The position numbers and the translations under genes are program-made. The notes beneath the pieces were generated by a model that saw nothing but the letters and a program-made list of their open reading frames with translations, was not told the DNA's origin and made no database searches. Positions 47,785 through 59,049 of a stretch of 64,000 bases of DNA are shown piece after piece (within the stretch, counting starts at the first letter, position 1; every line of letters starts with the position of its first letter). This stretch comes from a virus. Where the stretch lies: IMG/VR virus record IMGVR_UViG_3300042294_004161, positions 35,131 to 99,130 of that record; one strand, 5' to 3'.

Positions 47785-48471
47785 ATGGAAGAAATAGAAA
47801 ACAAAAGACGAAAAACATACAATGATATTGAGTGTGTTCCTGTAGGTTTTGCTAATGGAGTAGCAGCAGGTTTTCCTTTTACTGATAAAGAAAAGGAATC
47901 AATGATTGAAGAAGCAGCAGAACATTTTGGTAATTTTCTTACTGCTTTAAAATGTGATTGGAGAAACGATCCTAATTCAATGGAAACACCTCACCGTGTA
48001 GCTAAGGCATATGTAAATGATTTATGGAAAGGTAGATATGCTCCATTTACAGAAATAACTTCATTCCCCTCAGATGGATATCAAGGGATTATATTAGAAA
48101 AGGATATACCATTAGTAAGTCAATGTTCACATCACCACCAAACAATCTCAGGAGTAGTGCATATTGCTTATATACCTGGTCCTGAAGGTAGAGTAATAGG
48201 ATTAAGTAAATTAAATCGTATTGTTGAGCATTTTGGACGTAGAGGAGCTATTCAAGAACAACTTACTGTAGCTATTCATCAAGCGGTAAATAAAATATGT
48301 GAAGAAAATGTTGGGGTAATGGTTATGATTAAAGCATCTCACTCTTGTGTATCATGTCGTGGTGTAAAACACCAAGGTGCATCTATGATGACTAGCGAGT
48401 TAAGTGGAGTATTTGCAGATCATACTAAAACAGCTAAACTAGAAGTTTTAGAAATGATTAAAATGGGTTAA
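47785..48471 (+). CDS. folE: GTP cyclohydrolase I
   Basis: ETP.RVAK, SQCSHHH, HIAYIP, GLSKLNR, IQEQLT, HSCVSCRG. Confidence 0.95.
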   Translation: MEEIENKRRKTYNDIECVPVGFANGVAAGFPFTDKEKESMIEEAAEHFGNFLTALKCDWRNDPNSMETPHRVAKAYVNDLWKGRYAPFTEITSFPSDGYQGIILEKDIPLVSQCSHHHQTISGVVHIAYIPGPEGRVIGLSKLNRIVEHFGRRGAIQEQLTVAIHQAVNKICEENVGVMVMIKASHSCVSCRGVKHQGASMMTSELSGVFADHTKTAKLEVLEMIKMG

Positions 48472-48478
48472 TTTAATT

Positions 48479-48994
48479 ATGGAAAATAATAAAAACACAC
48501 AAATTCCTTTCATCTCAGAGGTAGAAGAATTTAATAGGACAATGGGTAAAAGCTGGCAAAACAGAACTGAACCTACTATTAATAAATCAGATGCAGATTT
48601 TGTAATTAATTTCATTCAGGAAGAACTAGATGAATTAAAAGAAGCAGTAGCTGAAAATGATATTGTTGGAGTATTTGATGCTTTATTAGATATTACTTAT
48701 GTTGGTCTTGGAAATGGAGCTATGGTATTTGGTTTAAAAGATAAAATTATACCAGGATATGCTGAAGTTCAAGCCTCTAATATGTCTAAAATTTGTAACA
48801 CATTAGAAGAAGCAAAAGAAACAGTTAGAGTACGTTCAGAACAACAAGGTGAACCATGTCATTATGTTCCTGTAAGAGACAAATATGTTGTTATGAGAAC
48901 AAGAGATAATAAGGTTATGAAGTCAATTAATTATTTTAGTCCTAACCTTACCCAATTCTTTACTCAAGAAGAAATCCAAAATATATCTAAATAA
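48479..48994 (+). CDS. MazG-like/all-alpha NTP pyrophosphohydrolase
   Basis: IQEELDEL.EA, DALLDITYV, EVQASNMSK. Confidence 0.8.
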   Translation: MENNKNTQIPFISEVEEFNRTMGKSWQNRTEPTINKSDADFVINFIQEELDELKEAVAENDIVGVFDALLDITYVGLGNGAMVFGLKDKIIPGYAEVQASNMSKICNTLEEAKETVRVRSEQQGEPCHYVPVRDKYVVMRTRDNKVMKSINYFSPNLTQFFTQEEIQNISK

Positions 48995-49004
48995 AGGTTT
49001 TAAA

Positions 49005-51737
49005 TTGTATCAAAGTATATTTTATTCTCGCCAACCAGGAGATGATCAGTACCATTACTTTCTTAGGGATGATAAAAAAGGTATTCAACGTTTTCAATAT
49101 TGGCCTACATTATATAAATTAGATGAATATGGGGAACATGAAACTCTATTTGGAGATAGATGTTCCCCAATTTCTGGAAAATATGATAGAAATGATCATA
49201 CTATTCTAGAAAAAGATATTGATCGTGAATTAGTATTATTACGGGATCTATATTATAAAACAGATGATATGCCTTCTTATCATAATACTGTTTATTTAGA
49301 TATTGAGATTGAAATATTGGGTGCACTTACATCTCAAACTATTAGAGAAGCTAATGCTGAAATAACTGCCATAGCTTTAATAGATGTTTCAACTAAGGAA
49401 AAAATATGTTTTATTTTAGATAAAAATAAAAAAATTGAAGACCTTAATAAAGATGGTAAAATTATTATTTCATGTAAAGATGAAAATACTTTAATAAATA
49501 AATTTTTAGATAAATGGGAACAAATTGATCCTACTATTGTTGTTGGATACAACTCTGATTTCTTTGATATTCCATATTTATATTATCGTATTAAAAGATG
49601 TTTAGGAAATGAGGTATATCGTTTATCACCTATAGGAAAGATTGAAGAAAACATATCTAATGGTAAATCACCAATTAGAATAGGTTTAGTCAATAGTTTA
49701 GATTATATGTTGTTACTTCGTAAGTATGTTATGAAAGAAGAAACATCATATAAATTAGGTGATATAGGATTAAAGTATGTTAACTTAGGTAAAATAGAAT
49801 ATAATGGAAATCTTGATACTTTATTTAGAGACGATCCAAATAAATTTATTGAGTACAACATTAGGGACGTTGAAATTATAGAGGCATTAGAAGAAAAACA
49901 AAAGTTTATTGAATTAACAGTTCTAATATCTCATCTATGTCACGTTCCATATGAATCTATATATTATAATACTACATTAAATGAAGGTGCTATTTTAACA
50001 TATTTAAAACGTAAAAATATAATAGCACCAAATAAACCTACAACAACTAATCCATCAATTAAAGAATTGGAAGTAGGTGATCATATTATTAATCAACGAG
50101 GAACTCCAACAATTGAAGGAATTATATATAGTATAGAAGATAAATTAGTAACTATTAAAACATTATCTAATAAATACATTCAACGTCCTCTTAAAACTGT
50201 AAGAAAAAAAGATTCATATGCTGGAGGATATTTACTTGATCCAATCCCAGGACTATATTCAGATGTAAGTGATCTTGACTTTACTTCATTGTATCCTTCT
50301 ATTATTAAATCTTTGAATTTAGGTGTAGAAACAATGATGGGGAGAATTGTTACTAAAAATAATTATGAACAATATAATTCATTAGAACAACTTAAATTAC
50401 GTGATCCTGAAGAAAAAGTACATATTCAAAAATTAAATAGAAAAACATATGTCTTACAGGATGCTCATGTAAACTTAGGTCAATTAATAGAATTAATAGA
50501 AGATAATAAATGGACTATATCGGCTGCTGGAGCATTCTATAGAACTGATAAAAAAAGTATATCATGTGAAGTATTAGAAGATTGGTTTGATCAAAGAAAT
50601 AAATATAAAGGTCTAAAAAAGAAAGCAGGTAAAGCTGAGGATTGGGAAAAATATAAATTATATGACCTATATCAATTAGCCTTTAAAATCTTACAGAATG
50701 CACTTTATGGTACATATGCTATTAATTCTTGGAGATTTACTGATGGGTATAAGATATGTTCTGCCTCTACAACTAATAGTGGTCAAAGGTTAACTAAAGA
50801 ATCAATTAATTTTACTAACCAATATATCTCAGATCAATTAAATATTGAGTATAAAGAATATACTATCGCGTCAGACACAGATTCATTATACTTACATTTA
50901 ACAGATTTATTAAAACATAGAAATCCAGATTTAGATTATAATGATCGAACAGAAAAAATTCAAAGATTATTAGTTTTAACAGATGAAATACAAAAAGTAG
51001 CTAATGATAATTTGAATAATATATCTAGTGATTTATTTAATATTACTGAAGGACACCATTTTGAATTAAAACAAGAGGTAATTGCTGAAAAAGCATATTG
51101 GTCAGGAAAACGAAGATATGCTATTTACATTGTAAATAAAGAAGGTATTGATGTTGAAGAATTAGATATGAAAGGTTTAGATATTATGAAATCTAATTTT
51201 CCACCATTCTTTAGAGACTTTGGAGAACAAGTTATTAAAAATATATTATTTAGTGTTCCTAAAAAAGATATAGATGAACAAGTACTTAATTTTAGAGAAT
51301 CATTAAGAACAGTAGATTGGAAACAAATTCTTAAACCAACTGGCCTTAAAAAATTTGATGAATATGTTGAACGTTCTCCAGGAGCAGGTGAGATATTCTC
51401 TAAATTAGCATTGAAATGTCCTATTAATACAAAAGCAGCTATATACACAGCAAATATTTTAAAATTTAAAGGATTAGATAAAAAATATCCACCACCACAA
51501 ATAGGTGATAAGATTTATATTGTCTACTTAAAAGAAAATCCGTATCATATAGATGTAATATCATTAAATGGATATGATGATGCTCCTGAACTTCTAGAGT
51601 TTGCTCAAAAATATATTGATAGAGATGGAATTTTTGATGGTGTACTAAGAAATAAGCTTGAAAATGTTTATAAAGACATAGGATGGGGTCAACCAATATT
51701 TAATAGAAAAGTAAATAAATTTTTTACATTTAACTAA
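49005..51737 (+). CDS. Family B DNA polymerase (T4 gp43-like)
   Basis: Exo LDIE, GYNS..FD, YN..D; pol DFTSLYPS, K...N..YG, SDTDS, KRRY, KGL; TTG start. Confidence 0.95.
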   Translation: MYQSIFYSRQPGDDQYHYFLRDDKKGIQRFQYWPTLYKLDEYGEHETLFGDRCSPISGKYDRNDHTILEKDIDRELVLLRDLYYKTDDMPSYHNTVYLDIEIEILGALTSQTIREANAEITAIALIDVSTKEKICFILDKNKKIEDLNKDGKIIISCKDENTLINKFLDKWEQIDPTIVVGYNSDFFDIPYLYYRIKRCLGNEVYRLSPIGKIEENISNGKSPIRIGLVNSLDYMLLLRKYVMKEETSYKLGDIGLKYVNLGKIEYNGNLDTLFRDDPNKFIEYNIRDVEIIEALEEKQKFIELTVLISHLCHVPYESIYYNTTLNEGAILTYLKRKNIIAPNKPTTTNPSIKELEVGDHIINQRGTPTIEGIIYSIEDKLVTIKTLSNKYIQRPLKTVRKKDSYAGGYLLDPIPGLYSDVSDLDFTSLYPSIIKSLNLGVETMMGRIVTKNNYEQYNSLEQLKLRDPEEKVHIQKLNRKTYVLQDAHVNLGQLIELIEDNKWTISAAGAFYRTDKKSISCEVLEDWFDQRNKYKGLKKKAGKAEDWEKYKLYDLYQLAFKILQNALYGTYAINSWRFTDGYKICSASTTNSGQRLTKESINFTNQYISDQLNIEYKEYTIASDTDSLYLHLTDLLKHRNPDLDYNDRTEKIQRLLVLTDEIQKVANDNLNNISSDLFNITEGHHFELKQEVIAEKAYWSGKRRYAIYIVNKEGIDVEELDMKGLDIMKSNFPPFFRDFGEQVIKNILFSVPKKDIDEQVLNFRESLRTVDWKQILKPTGLKKFDEYVERSPGAGEIFSKLALKCPINTKAAIYTANILKFKGLDKKYPPPQIGDKIYIVYLKENPYHIDVISLNGYDDAPELLEFAQKYIDRDGIFDGVLRNKLENVYKDIGWGQPIFNRKVNKFFTFN

Positions 51738-51745
51738 ATAAAACA

Positions 51746-52486
51746 ATGATTAATAAAGGTGAATTATTATCGATAATAAATAAATATTATCTAAACGCAA
51801 TGGTTGAAGCAACCAGATGGAATATTGAAAATAATACAGTAACAATTAGATTCAATTCTCCATCAAAAGAAATGATTGGTGAAGTAAAAGCAACAGGTTT
51901 TCCAATAGAAGACTCTAACATAGCTGTAAGTAATACAACTCAATTAATTAAACTTATTTCAATAACAAATAATTTTTTAGAACTTAATTATCAAAAGACA
52001 AATAAATTTATTTCTAAATTAATCATCTCTGATAATCAGTTTACATTAAATTATGCTTTAGCTGATATTATGTTGATTCCTAAAGTAGGTGAAGTAAATG
52101 ATATAGATGAATGGGATATTACAGCACCCCTAGATAATGAAGCTATAGGTGCCATTGTTAAAGCTAAATCAGCATTAAATGAAAGTGAAACAGTAGTAAT
52201 TAAACCATATCTTAACCCAGAAAATGAGTTTCAAATAGAAATGGAATTTGGAGGTAATGTAGAGTATGCTAATAAAGTTTCATTTTATATTCCAAATGCA
52301 GTTAAAAATAATGAAGTAAGTAATTTTAAAGAATATTATAATTCTAATATTATTAAAGAAATAATGTATTGTAATAAAGATATGAGTAGAGGAAATATCA
52401 GTATTAAATTAGATGGAATAATGAAATTAGAATTTGAAAATGAAAAAATTAAAAGTACCTATTATCTAGTATCAAAAGAAATTTAA
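51746..52486 (+). CDS. Sliding clamp (gp45/PCNA-like)
   Basis: 246 aa right after PolB, beta-rich, ends G.MKLEF...STYYLV; clamp loader downstream. Confidence 0.65.
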   Translation: MINKGELLSIINKYYLNAMVEATRWNIENNTVTIRFNSPSKEMIGEVKATGFPIEDSNIAVSNTTQLIKLISITNNFLELNYQKTNKFISKLIISDNQFTLNYALADIMLIPKVGEVNDIDEWDITAPLDNEAIGAIVKAKSALNESETVVIKPYLNPENEFQIEMEFGGNVEYANKVSFYIPNAVKNNEVSNFKEYYNSNIIKEIMYCNKDMSRGNISIKLDGIMKLEFENEKIKSTYYLVSKEI

Positions 52487-52492
52487 AGCAAT

Positions 52493-52552
52493 ATATTTAT
52501 ATATATCAAAATAAATGTTTTGCTTGGCTATATTAAAAAGTTTTCGTATATT
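52493..52552 (+). promoter_or_regulatory. Late-type ATATTTATA (52493-52501) plus CTTGG-N19-TATATT (52523-52552)
   Basis: Both motifs precede the chaperonin operon. Confidence 0.6.
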
Positions 52553-52573
52553 GTACGTTATAAATAATAAAAC

Positions 52574-52873
52574 ATGAGTTATACAATTATTAAAGATCCC
52601 GCCCTTGAGCCATTTTTCCTATCTAAAGATCAATACTGTTATACAGTGTTTGAGAACATAGTTCCTACTAATACTTCAACTAGAGGTAGAAAGTCAGCGG
52701 ATGGTAAAGAATATCAAAGAGCATATGGTCATTATTCAAAATTATCATCTGCTGTGAATGCTGTTATTAAACTTAAAACAGACACAAAATCAAATCAATA
52801 TGATAGTTTAACATCATATTTGGATGAAATTAAACAACAAGAACAACAATTAAAAAATCTATTAAAAATATGA
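52574..52873 (+). CDS. Hypothetical protein
   Basis: IKDP.LEPFF..KDQYCYTV, GHYS.L..A. Confidence 0.65.
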   Translation: MSYTIIKDPALEPFFLSKDQYCYTVFENIVPTNTSTRGRKSADGKEYQRAYGHYSKLSSAVNAVIKLKTDTKSNQYDSLTSYLDEIKQQEQQLKNLLKI

Positions 52874-53163
52874 AATTAGAAGCTTTGTACAATGCGGTTA
52901 TAGTTAAACCGGTCGAACCAGAAGAAGAGTTACATGGTAACATTATTGTTCCTGATTTAGGAAATGAAAAAAACAAAACAGCTGAAGTTGTAGCTGTAGG
53001 TCCAGGATATTATTCTGCAACTGGAGTATTTATTGAAACTATTTTAAAAGTAGGAGAAGTTGTAATACTACCTACTATGGGATTTAGTAAAATGGAATTC
53101 CAAGGAGAAGAGTATTGGTTAGGACCTGAGAATCAAATACTTGGTAAAATTACAAAAAACTAA
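52870..53163 (+). CDS. groES: Co-chaperonin GroES
   Basis: VIVKP, GNIIVPD, EVVAVGPG, KVGE.V. Confidence 0.9.
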   Translation: MKLEALYNAVIVKPVEPEEELHGNIIVPDLGNEKNKTAEVVAVGPGYYSATGVFIETILKVGEVVILPTMGFSKMEFQGEEYWLGPENQILGKITKN

Positions 53164-53168
53164 AATAA

Positions 53169-54787
<1,619 letters not shown>

Positions 54788-54788
<1 letters not shown>

Positions 54789-55054
54789 TGGATTTTCAAC
54801 CAAATGAAAAATTAGTTGAAATAGCCCATAGAATTAAAGGAAAGGGTGATACTTGGTCGTTAATAGAAAATGACCAGGTATACTCTTCTTTAACTGAGGT
54901 ATTAAATGCTTATTATTTGTTATCACCTGATCCAAAACCTTCTGCCTTTAGGCTTGAACCTATGAATGGAGTTTGTTATCTTATAACCACAGAATATATA
55001 GAAATACCTAAACCACAAGTTAAAAAATATAATTTATACGGTGATGAGGAATAA
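54788..55054 (+). CDS. Hypothetical protein
   Basis: 88 aa, coupled to groEL and the clamp loader. Confidence 0.6.
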
Positions 55055-55967
55055 AAAAGAACATACTCTTTGGGTTGAAAAATACAGACCTGATACTTTA
55101 GAAGGTTATATGTGTAGTCCTGAAAATAGGAATAAATTTGAAGAATATATTAGTACACAAGATATTCCACATCTTTTATTCGCTGGCAAACCAGGTTCAG
55201 GAAAATCAACAATTGCTAAAATATTAGCAAATAATATTGATTGTGATTTTATTTATTTGAATGCTACTGATGAAAGAGGTATTGATGTGATGAGAGAAAA
55301 AATTGGATCATTTGCATCAGCTGGTTCATTTAAACCTCTTAAAATAGTAATACTAGATGAAGCTACTCATATCTTACAAGCATCTCAAGTGATTCTATTA
55401 AACATGATAGAAACATATAGTTTAAATACTCGTTTTATTTTAACAGGTAATTATCCTGAAAGATTAATTGAACCATTAAGAAGTAGACTTCAAGAATTTA
55501 AATTAGAACCACCAACTAAAAAAACAGTTGCTCATCATATTGTTAACATTTTAACTAAAGAAAATGTAGAATTTGAGTTAGAAGATGTAGCTGTAGTTGT
55601 TAAAAAATTCTATCCTGATTTTAGAAAAACAATTAATAGTTGTCAAAAACAAACTATTGATAATAAATTAGTTTTAGATAAATCATCAAGTGTGATAGAT
55701 GATTATAAAAATCAAGTATTAGAAGAACTCACATCACCAACATCCAAATCATTTAATTCAATCAGACAATTAATTGCTAACTCAGGTTCAAATGAATTTG
55801 AAGAACTATTCAGATTTTTATATGATAAATCATCTATATATTCTCCAGGGAATGAAGGAATGATAGCAATTCATATTAATGAATACTCATATCAATCTAA
55901 TTTTGTTTTAGATAAAGAAATAAATTGTATGGGATTAATAGCTCGTTTGCTTGAATTAAAAAAATGA
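55041..55967 (+). CDS. Clamp loader AAA+ subunit (gp44/RFC-like)
   Basis: LWVEKYRP, GKPGSGKST, NATDERGID, ILDEA, LRSR. Confidence 0.92.
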   Translation: MMRNKKEHTLWVEKYRPDTLEGYMCSPENRNKFEEYISTQDIPHLLFAGKPGSGKSTIAKILANNIDCDFIYLNATDERGIDVMREKIGSFASAGSFKPLKIVILDEATHILQASQVILLNMIETYSLNTRFILTGNYPERLIEPLRSRLQEFKLEPPTKKTVAHHIVNILTKENVEFELEDVAVVVKKFYPDFRKTINSCQKQTIDNKLVLDKSSSVIDDYKNQVLEELTSPTSKSFNSIRQLIANSGSNEFEELFRFLYDKSSIYSPGNEGMIAIHINEYSYQSNFVLDKEINCMGLIARLLELKK

Positions 55968-56176
55968 AAACATTTATAACATACCTATTAAGTTGGATTT
56001 CAAATAACTTGTCTGTACCATTTTGGATTATAGGGCATGTACATTTAAGTACTAACATATATGAAGACATACATGAAATACTAATGTCTTTAGGTATGAA
56101 TATTATAGTAGCAATTGGATTTTATTTAGACTTTAAAAAATATAAAAATGAACAACAACAAACAAATGAATCTTAA
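55964..56176 (+). CDS. Small membrane protein
   Basis: Two hydrophobic stretches; PFW.IGHVHL. Confidence 0.6.
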   Translation: MKTFITYLLSWISNNLSVPFWIIGHVHLSTNIYEDIHEILMSLGMNIIVAIGFYLDFKKYKNEQQQTNES

Positions 56177-56411
56177 TATTGATATTAAGAACACAACCCC
56201 AGTAATCTCTGAAGATGGAGGAATGGTATTTCAAGAAGGCTTTATTTTACGACGGGTTTCAAAATTTATATCTGGAACATCAGAAGATGGTATTATACCG
56301 GTTCCAGTATTCTTTGATGTCAAAAGTGGTAGAGTATTGATTGATATGTTACCTAAAGAACTTAGAGATGAGTTCCAAGAAATCTATGACAAAGAAGACT
56401 CAACCAAGTAA
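56148..56411 (+). CDS. Hypothetical protein
   Basis: NIDIKNT, F..GFILRRVSKF..G..D..IP.PVF. Confidence 0.65.
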   Translation: MNNNKQMNLNIDIKNTTPVISEDGGMVFQEGFILRRVSKFISGTSEDGIIPVPVFFDVKSGRVLIDMLPKELRDEFQEIYDKEDSTK

Positions 56412-56838
56412 TTTTACTATATTTAATTGGGTAAATAATATTACATTTGATAAAAAACCATGGGACTCATTTACAAATGAACAAAAAAATATATTCGCAC
56501 CTTATATAATTCATAGAGTAATATCATTAGAACCAAGTTATATTCATATAGCAAATATAGTACAAAAAATTCCTCATACTGAAAAAGAAAAAATACATAA
56601 TATATATTTAAACATGTTACCTAAAAGAAAAATATTTAACAAATATATTAAGAATCAATCTGAAAATACTTATCAAGAAATATCTAAACATCTTTCTGAG
56701 TATTTTATTTGTTCTTTAGGAGAAGCAGAAGACTATATTGATATTCTTCGTAAAGAAGGAGTAAGAAGTATCTTATGGGAAATGGGAATTGAAGAAAAAG
56801 AAGTTGATAAATTAATTAAAACTGCTAAAATTAAATAA
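56386..56838 (+). CDS. Probable clamp loader small subunit (gp62-like)
   Basis: IFNW.N.I..DK, F.PYIIHR, N, Y..LPK.K.F.KYIK, YF.CS..EA..Y; start moved to 56386. Confidence 0.6.
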   Translation: MTKKTQPSNFTIFNWVNNITFDKKPWDSFTNEQKNIFAPYIIHRVISLEPSYIHIANIVQKIPHTEKEKIHNIYLNMLPKRKIFNKYIKNQSENTYQEISKHLSEYFICSLGEAEDYIDILRKEGVRSILWEMGIEEKEVDKLIKTAKIK

Positions 56839-57176
56839 TGAATAGTGTAAAATACTTTGAGGAAAAATATCCTAATTTATCTAAAGAATTTAAGAATATC
56901 CAGCAAGAACAATATAATATGTTCGCTGAAAAAATGCTATCATATGGTATTGATAATATAGCTATGGGTACATCATTAGAGACTGAAGATGATATTAAAT
57001 TATCATTAACATCTATTTGGATTAGGATGAATGATAAGATGAATAGATTAAAAAATTTAGTATTAAAAGGTAATAGAAATCCACTAATTAATGAACCAAC
57101 ATTAGATTCTTGGAAAGATCTAACTAATTATGCTATTATAGCTCAATTAGTAACAACAGGAAAATGGAAGAAATAA
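56838..57176 (+). CDS. DUF1599 / nucleotide-modification-associated domain protein
   Basis: K...YG..NI, IRMNDK.NRL.NL, DSW.DL.NYAII. Confidence 0.7.
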   Translation: MNSVKYFEEKYPNLSKEFKNIQQEQYNMFAEKMLSYGIDNIAMGTSLETEDDIKLSLTSIWIRMNDKMNRLKNLVLKGNRNPLINEPTLDSWKDLTNYAIIAQLVTTGKWKK

Positions 57177-57772
57177 AACCTAAATTTAGTTTTATTATAC
57201 CTTGTTGGGAACAAACACATTTACTAAAATGTTTACTTCAAAGTATTATATGTCAAACTTATAGCAATTGGGAAGCTATTTTAATCCATGATGGAGTTGA
57301 TTTATCTCATAAATCTAATCTTAAAGAATATCTTAATGATCCTAGATTTTTTTATACTTCAACTTCTGAAAGATATGGTTATTGGGGACATAAAAGTAGA
57401 ATAATAGGAACAACTCTTAGTTTAGGAGATTGGATTATTCATTCTAATGATGATAATTATTTTGTTCCTATATTATTAGAAGAAATTGTAAATATTATAA
57501 GTTTAAACTCTGAAGTAAATTTTATTTATTGGGATATGATTTTAGGTAAATATAAAAATGAACATAGTCATAATAAAAAAGATTATGGACATTTTATCCC
57601 TAAAATCCAACATAGTTATATGGATTGGGGACAATTTACAACTAAAAAAGAAATTATATCTAAATATTATATCCAATATGAAGAAGCAGCAGCAGATGGA
57701 ACTTTAATAGAAAATATGAAACATGAATTAATCCCTGCTTATATAGATAAAGTTTTATTTGTCCATAATTAA
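57164..57772 (+). CDS. GT2-like glycosyltransferase
   Basis: SFIIP, CLLQSI..QTY.NWE.ILIHDG, NDDNY. Confidence 0.8.
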   Translation: MEEIKPKFSFIIPCWEQTHLLKCLLQSIICQTYSNWEAILIHDGVDLSHKSNLKEYLNDPRFFYTSTSERYGYWGHKSRIIGTTLSLGDWIIHSNDDNYFVPILLEEIVNIISLNSEVNFIYWDMILGKYKNEHSHNKKDYGHFIPKIQHSYMDWGQFTTKKEIISKYYIQYEEAAADGTLIENMKHELIPAYIDKVLFVHN

Positions 57773-57815
57773 AAAACTAGTAATATGGAAAATATAACTG
57801 AAATATTTAATAAAT

Positions 57816-58760
57816 ATGAGTAAAAAATTACCTCAAATTGTAGAATTTATTAAAACATCTCCTTTAAGAGATGTAGACTACAGTTATCAAAAATCAATTT
57901 CTTTTAGTCAATTTTCAACATTTCATAGTTGTCCTAAAAAATGGTTTTTACAATATAAACAAAAACATTATTCTCCATCCTCAATCCATATGACTTTTGG
58001 AACAGGGTTACATGAAACTATTCAACATTACTTAACAACCATGTATGAATATAGTGTTGCTGAAGCAGATAGAATTAATTTAGAAGAACATTTTGAAGAT
58101 AGTTTTAGAAGAGCATATTTAAAAGATTATAAATCTAATAAAAATGTACATTTTAGCAATCCTGAAGAAATGAATGAGTTTTATAAAGATGGTTTAGAAA
58201 TTATTCGTTTTTTAAAAAAAAAGAAAGGAAAATATTTTAGTAAAAGGGGATGGCATTTGGTAGGATGTGAGGTTCCAATTACAATAACTCCTAATTCTGA
58301 GTATCAAAATGTTTTATATAAGGGTTATTTAGATGTAGTTTTATATCATGAACCATCAGATACTTTTGAGATCATAGACATCAAAACAAGTACCTCAGGA
58401 TGGTCAGACAGAGAAAAAAAAGATGAAATAAAGCAGATGCAACTTATTTTATATAAAAACTTTTTCTCTAAACAATTCAGTATCCCAGTTGACAATATTA
58501 ACATTAAATTCTTTATAGTTAAACGTAAAGTATGGGAAAATTCCGACTACCCTATATCTCGCATACAAGAGTATATTCCATCATCTGGTAAGGTGAAATT
58601 AAACAGATCTATAAATTATATGGATGATTTTATAAAAGAGATATTTAATAAAGATGGAACATATATTGGTAAAGAATTCCAACCCAACCCATCAGTTAAC
58701 AGTTGTAAGTACTGTATATTCAATGATAAACCAGACTTATGTAATAAAGGGGTGGTTTGA
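57816..58760 (+). CDS. PD-(D/E)XK nuclease (RecB/Cas4-like, Fe-S cysteines)
   Basis: SFSQ...F.SCP, FGT..HE, E, GYLDV, IIDIKT, Q..LY, CKYC..C. Confidence 0.85.
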   Translation: MSKKLPQIVEFIKTSPLRDVDYSYQKSISFSQFSTFHSCPKKWFLQYKQKHYSPSSIHMTFGTGLHETIQHYLTTMYEYSVAEADRINLEEHFEDSFRRAYLKDYKSNKNVHFSNPEEMNEFYKDGLEIIRFLKKKKGKYFSKRGWHLVGCEVPITITPNSEYQNVLYKGYLDVVLYHEPSDTFEIIDIKTSTSGWSDREKKDEIKQMQLILYKNFFSKQFSIPVDNINIKFFIVKRKVWENSDYPISRIQEYIPSSGKVKLNRSINYMDDFIKEIFNKDGTYIGKEFQPNPSVNSCKYCIFNDKPDLCNKGVV

Positions 58761-58771
58761 TAAATTTTTAT

Positions 58772-58780
58772 ATATTTATA
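58772..58780 (+). promoter_or_regulatory. Putative late promoter ATATTTATA
   Basis: Upstream of the RHH gene. Confidence 0.45.
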
Positions 58781-58801
58781 TACAAACATTAAAATAATAT
58801 T

Positions 58802-58999
58802 ATGAGCAAAAAAGAAATGACACTCACTTCTGTAAAAGTACAAAGTGATTTATTTGAAGAATTTAAAGTAGCAACTGTTAGGTATAAATTCTCTCTTCAA
58901 AAATTAACTGAAAGATCTATTCATCTTTATCTTACTGATGAGACTTTTAGAAGACAAGTCCATAACCACACAGATATTGATTTTGAAAAAAACATATAA
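58802..58999 (+). CDS. Ribbon-helix-helix-like DNA-binding protein
   Basis: LTSVKV beta strand followed by two helices, 65 aa. Confidence 0.6.
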   Translation: MSKKEMTLTSVKVQSDLFEEFKVATVRYKFSLQKLTERSIHLYLTDETFRRQVHNHTDIDFEKNI

Positions 59000-59002
59000 A
59001 TG

Positions 59003-59032
59003 TTTGGAAATGAAAAATAGTTTTATTACATT
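59003..59032 (+). promoter_or_regulatory. TTTGG-N19-TACATT promoter variant
   Basis: Exact spacing; upstream of the GT cluster. Confidence 0.6.
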
Positions 59033-59049
59033 ATAAAATACACTAAGTT

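Noticed and set aside
28136-51737. Introns or inteins in nrdA/nrdB, thyA or PolB
   Set aside because: Frames are continuous and the inserts lack intein or group I intron hallmarks.
57785-57823. Mini-ORF MENITEIFNKYE* as a remnant of a deleted gene
   Set aside because: Too short, and there is no matching copy in the window to support homology.
57816-58760. Cas4-like nuclease as a CRISPR-Cas component
   Set aside because: No array or other cas genes; solo PD-(D/E)XK nucleases are common in phage replication regions.
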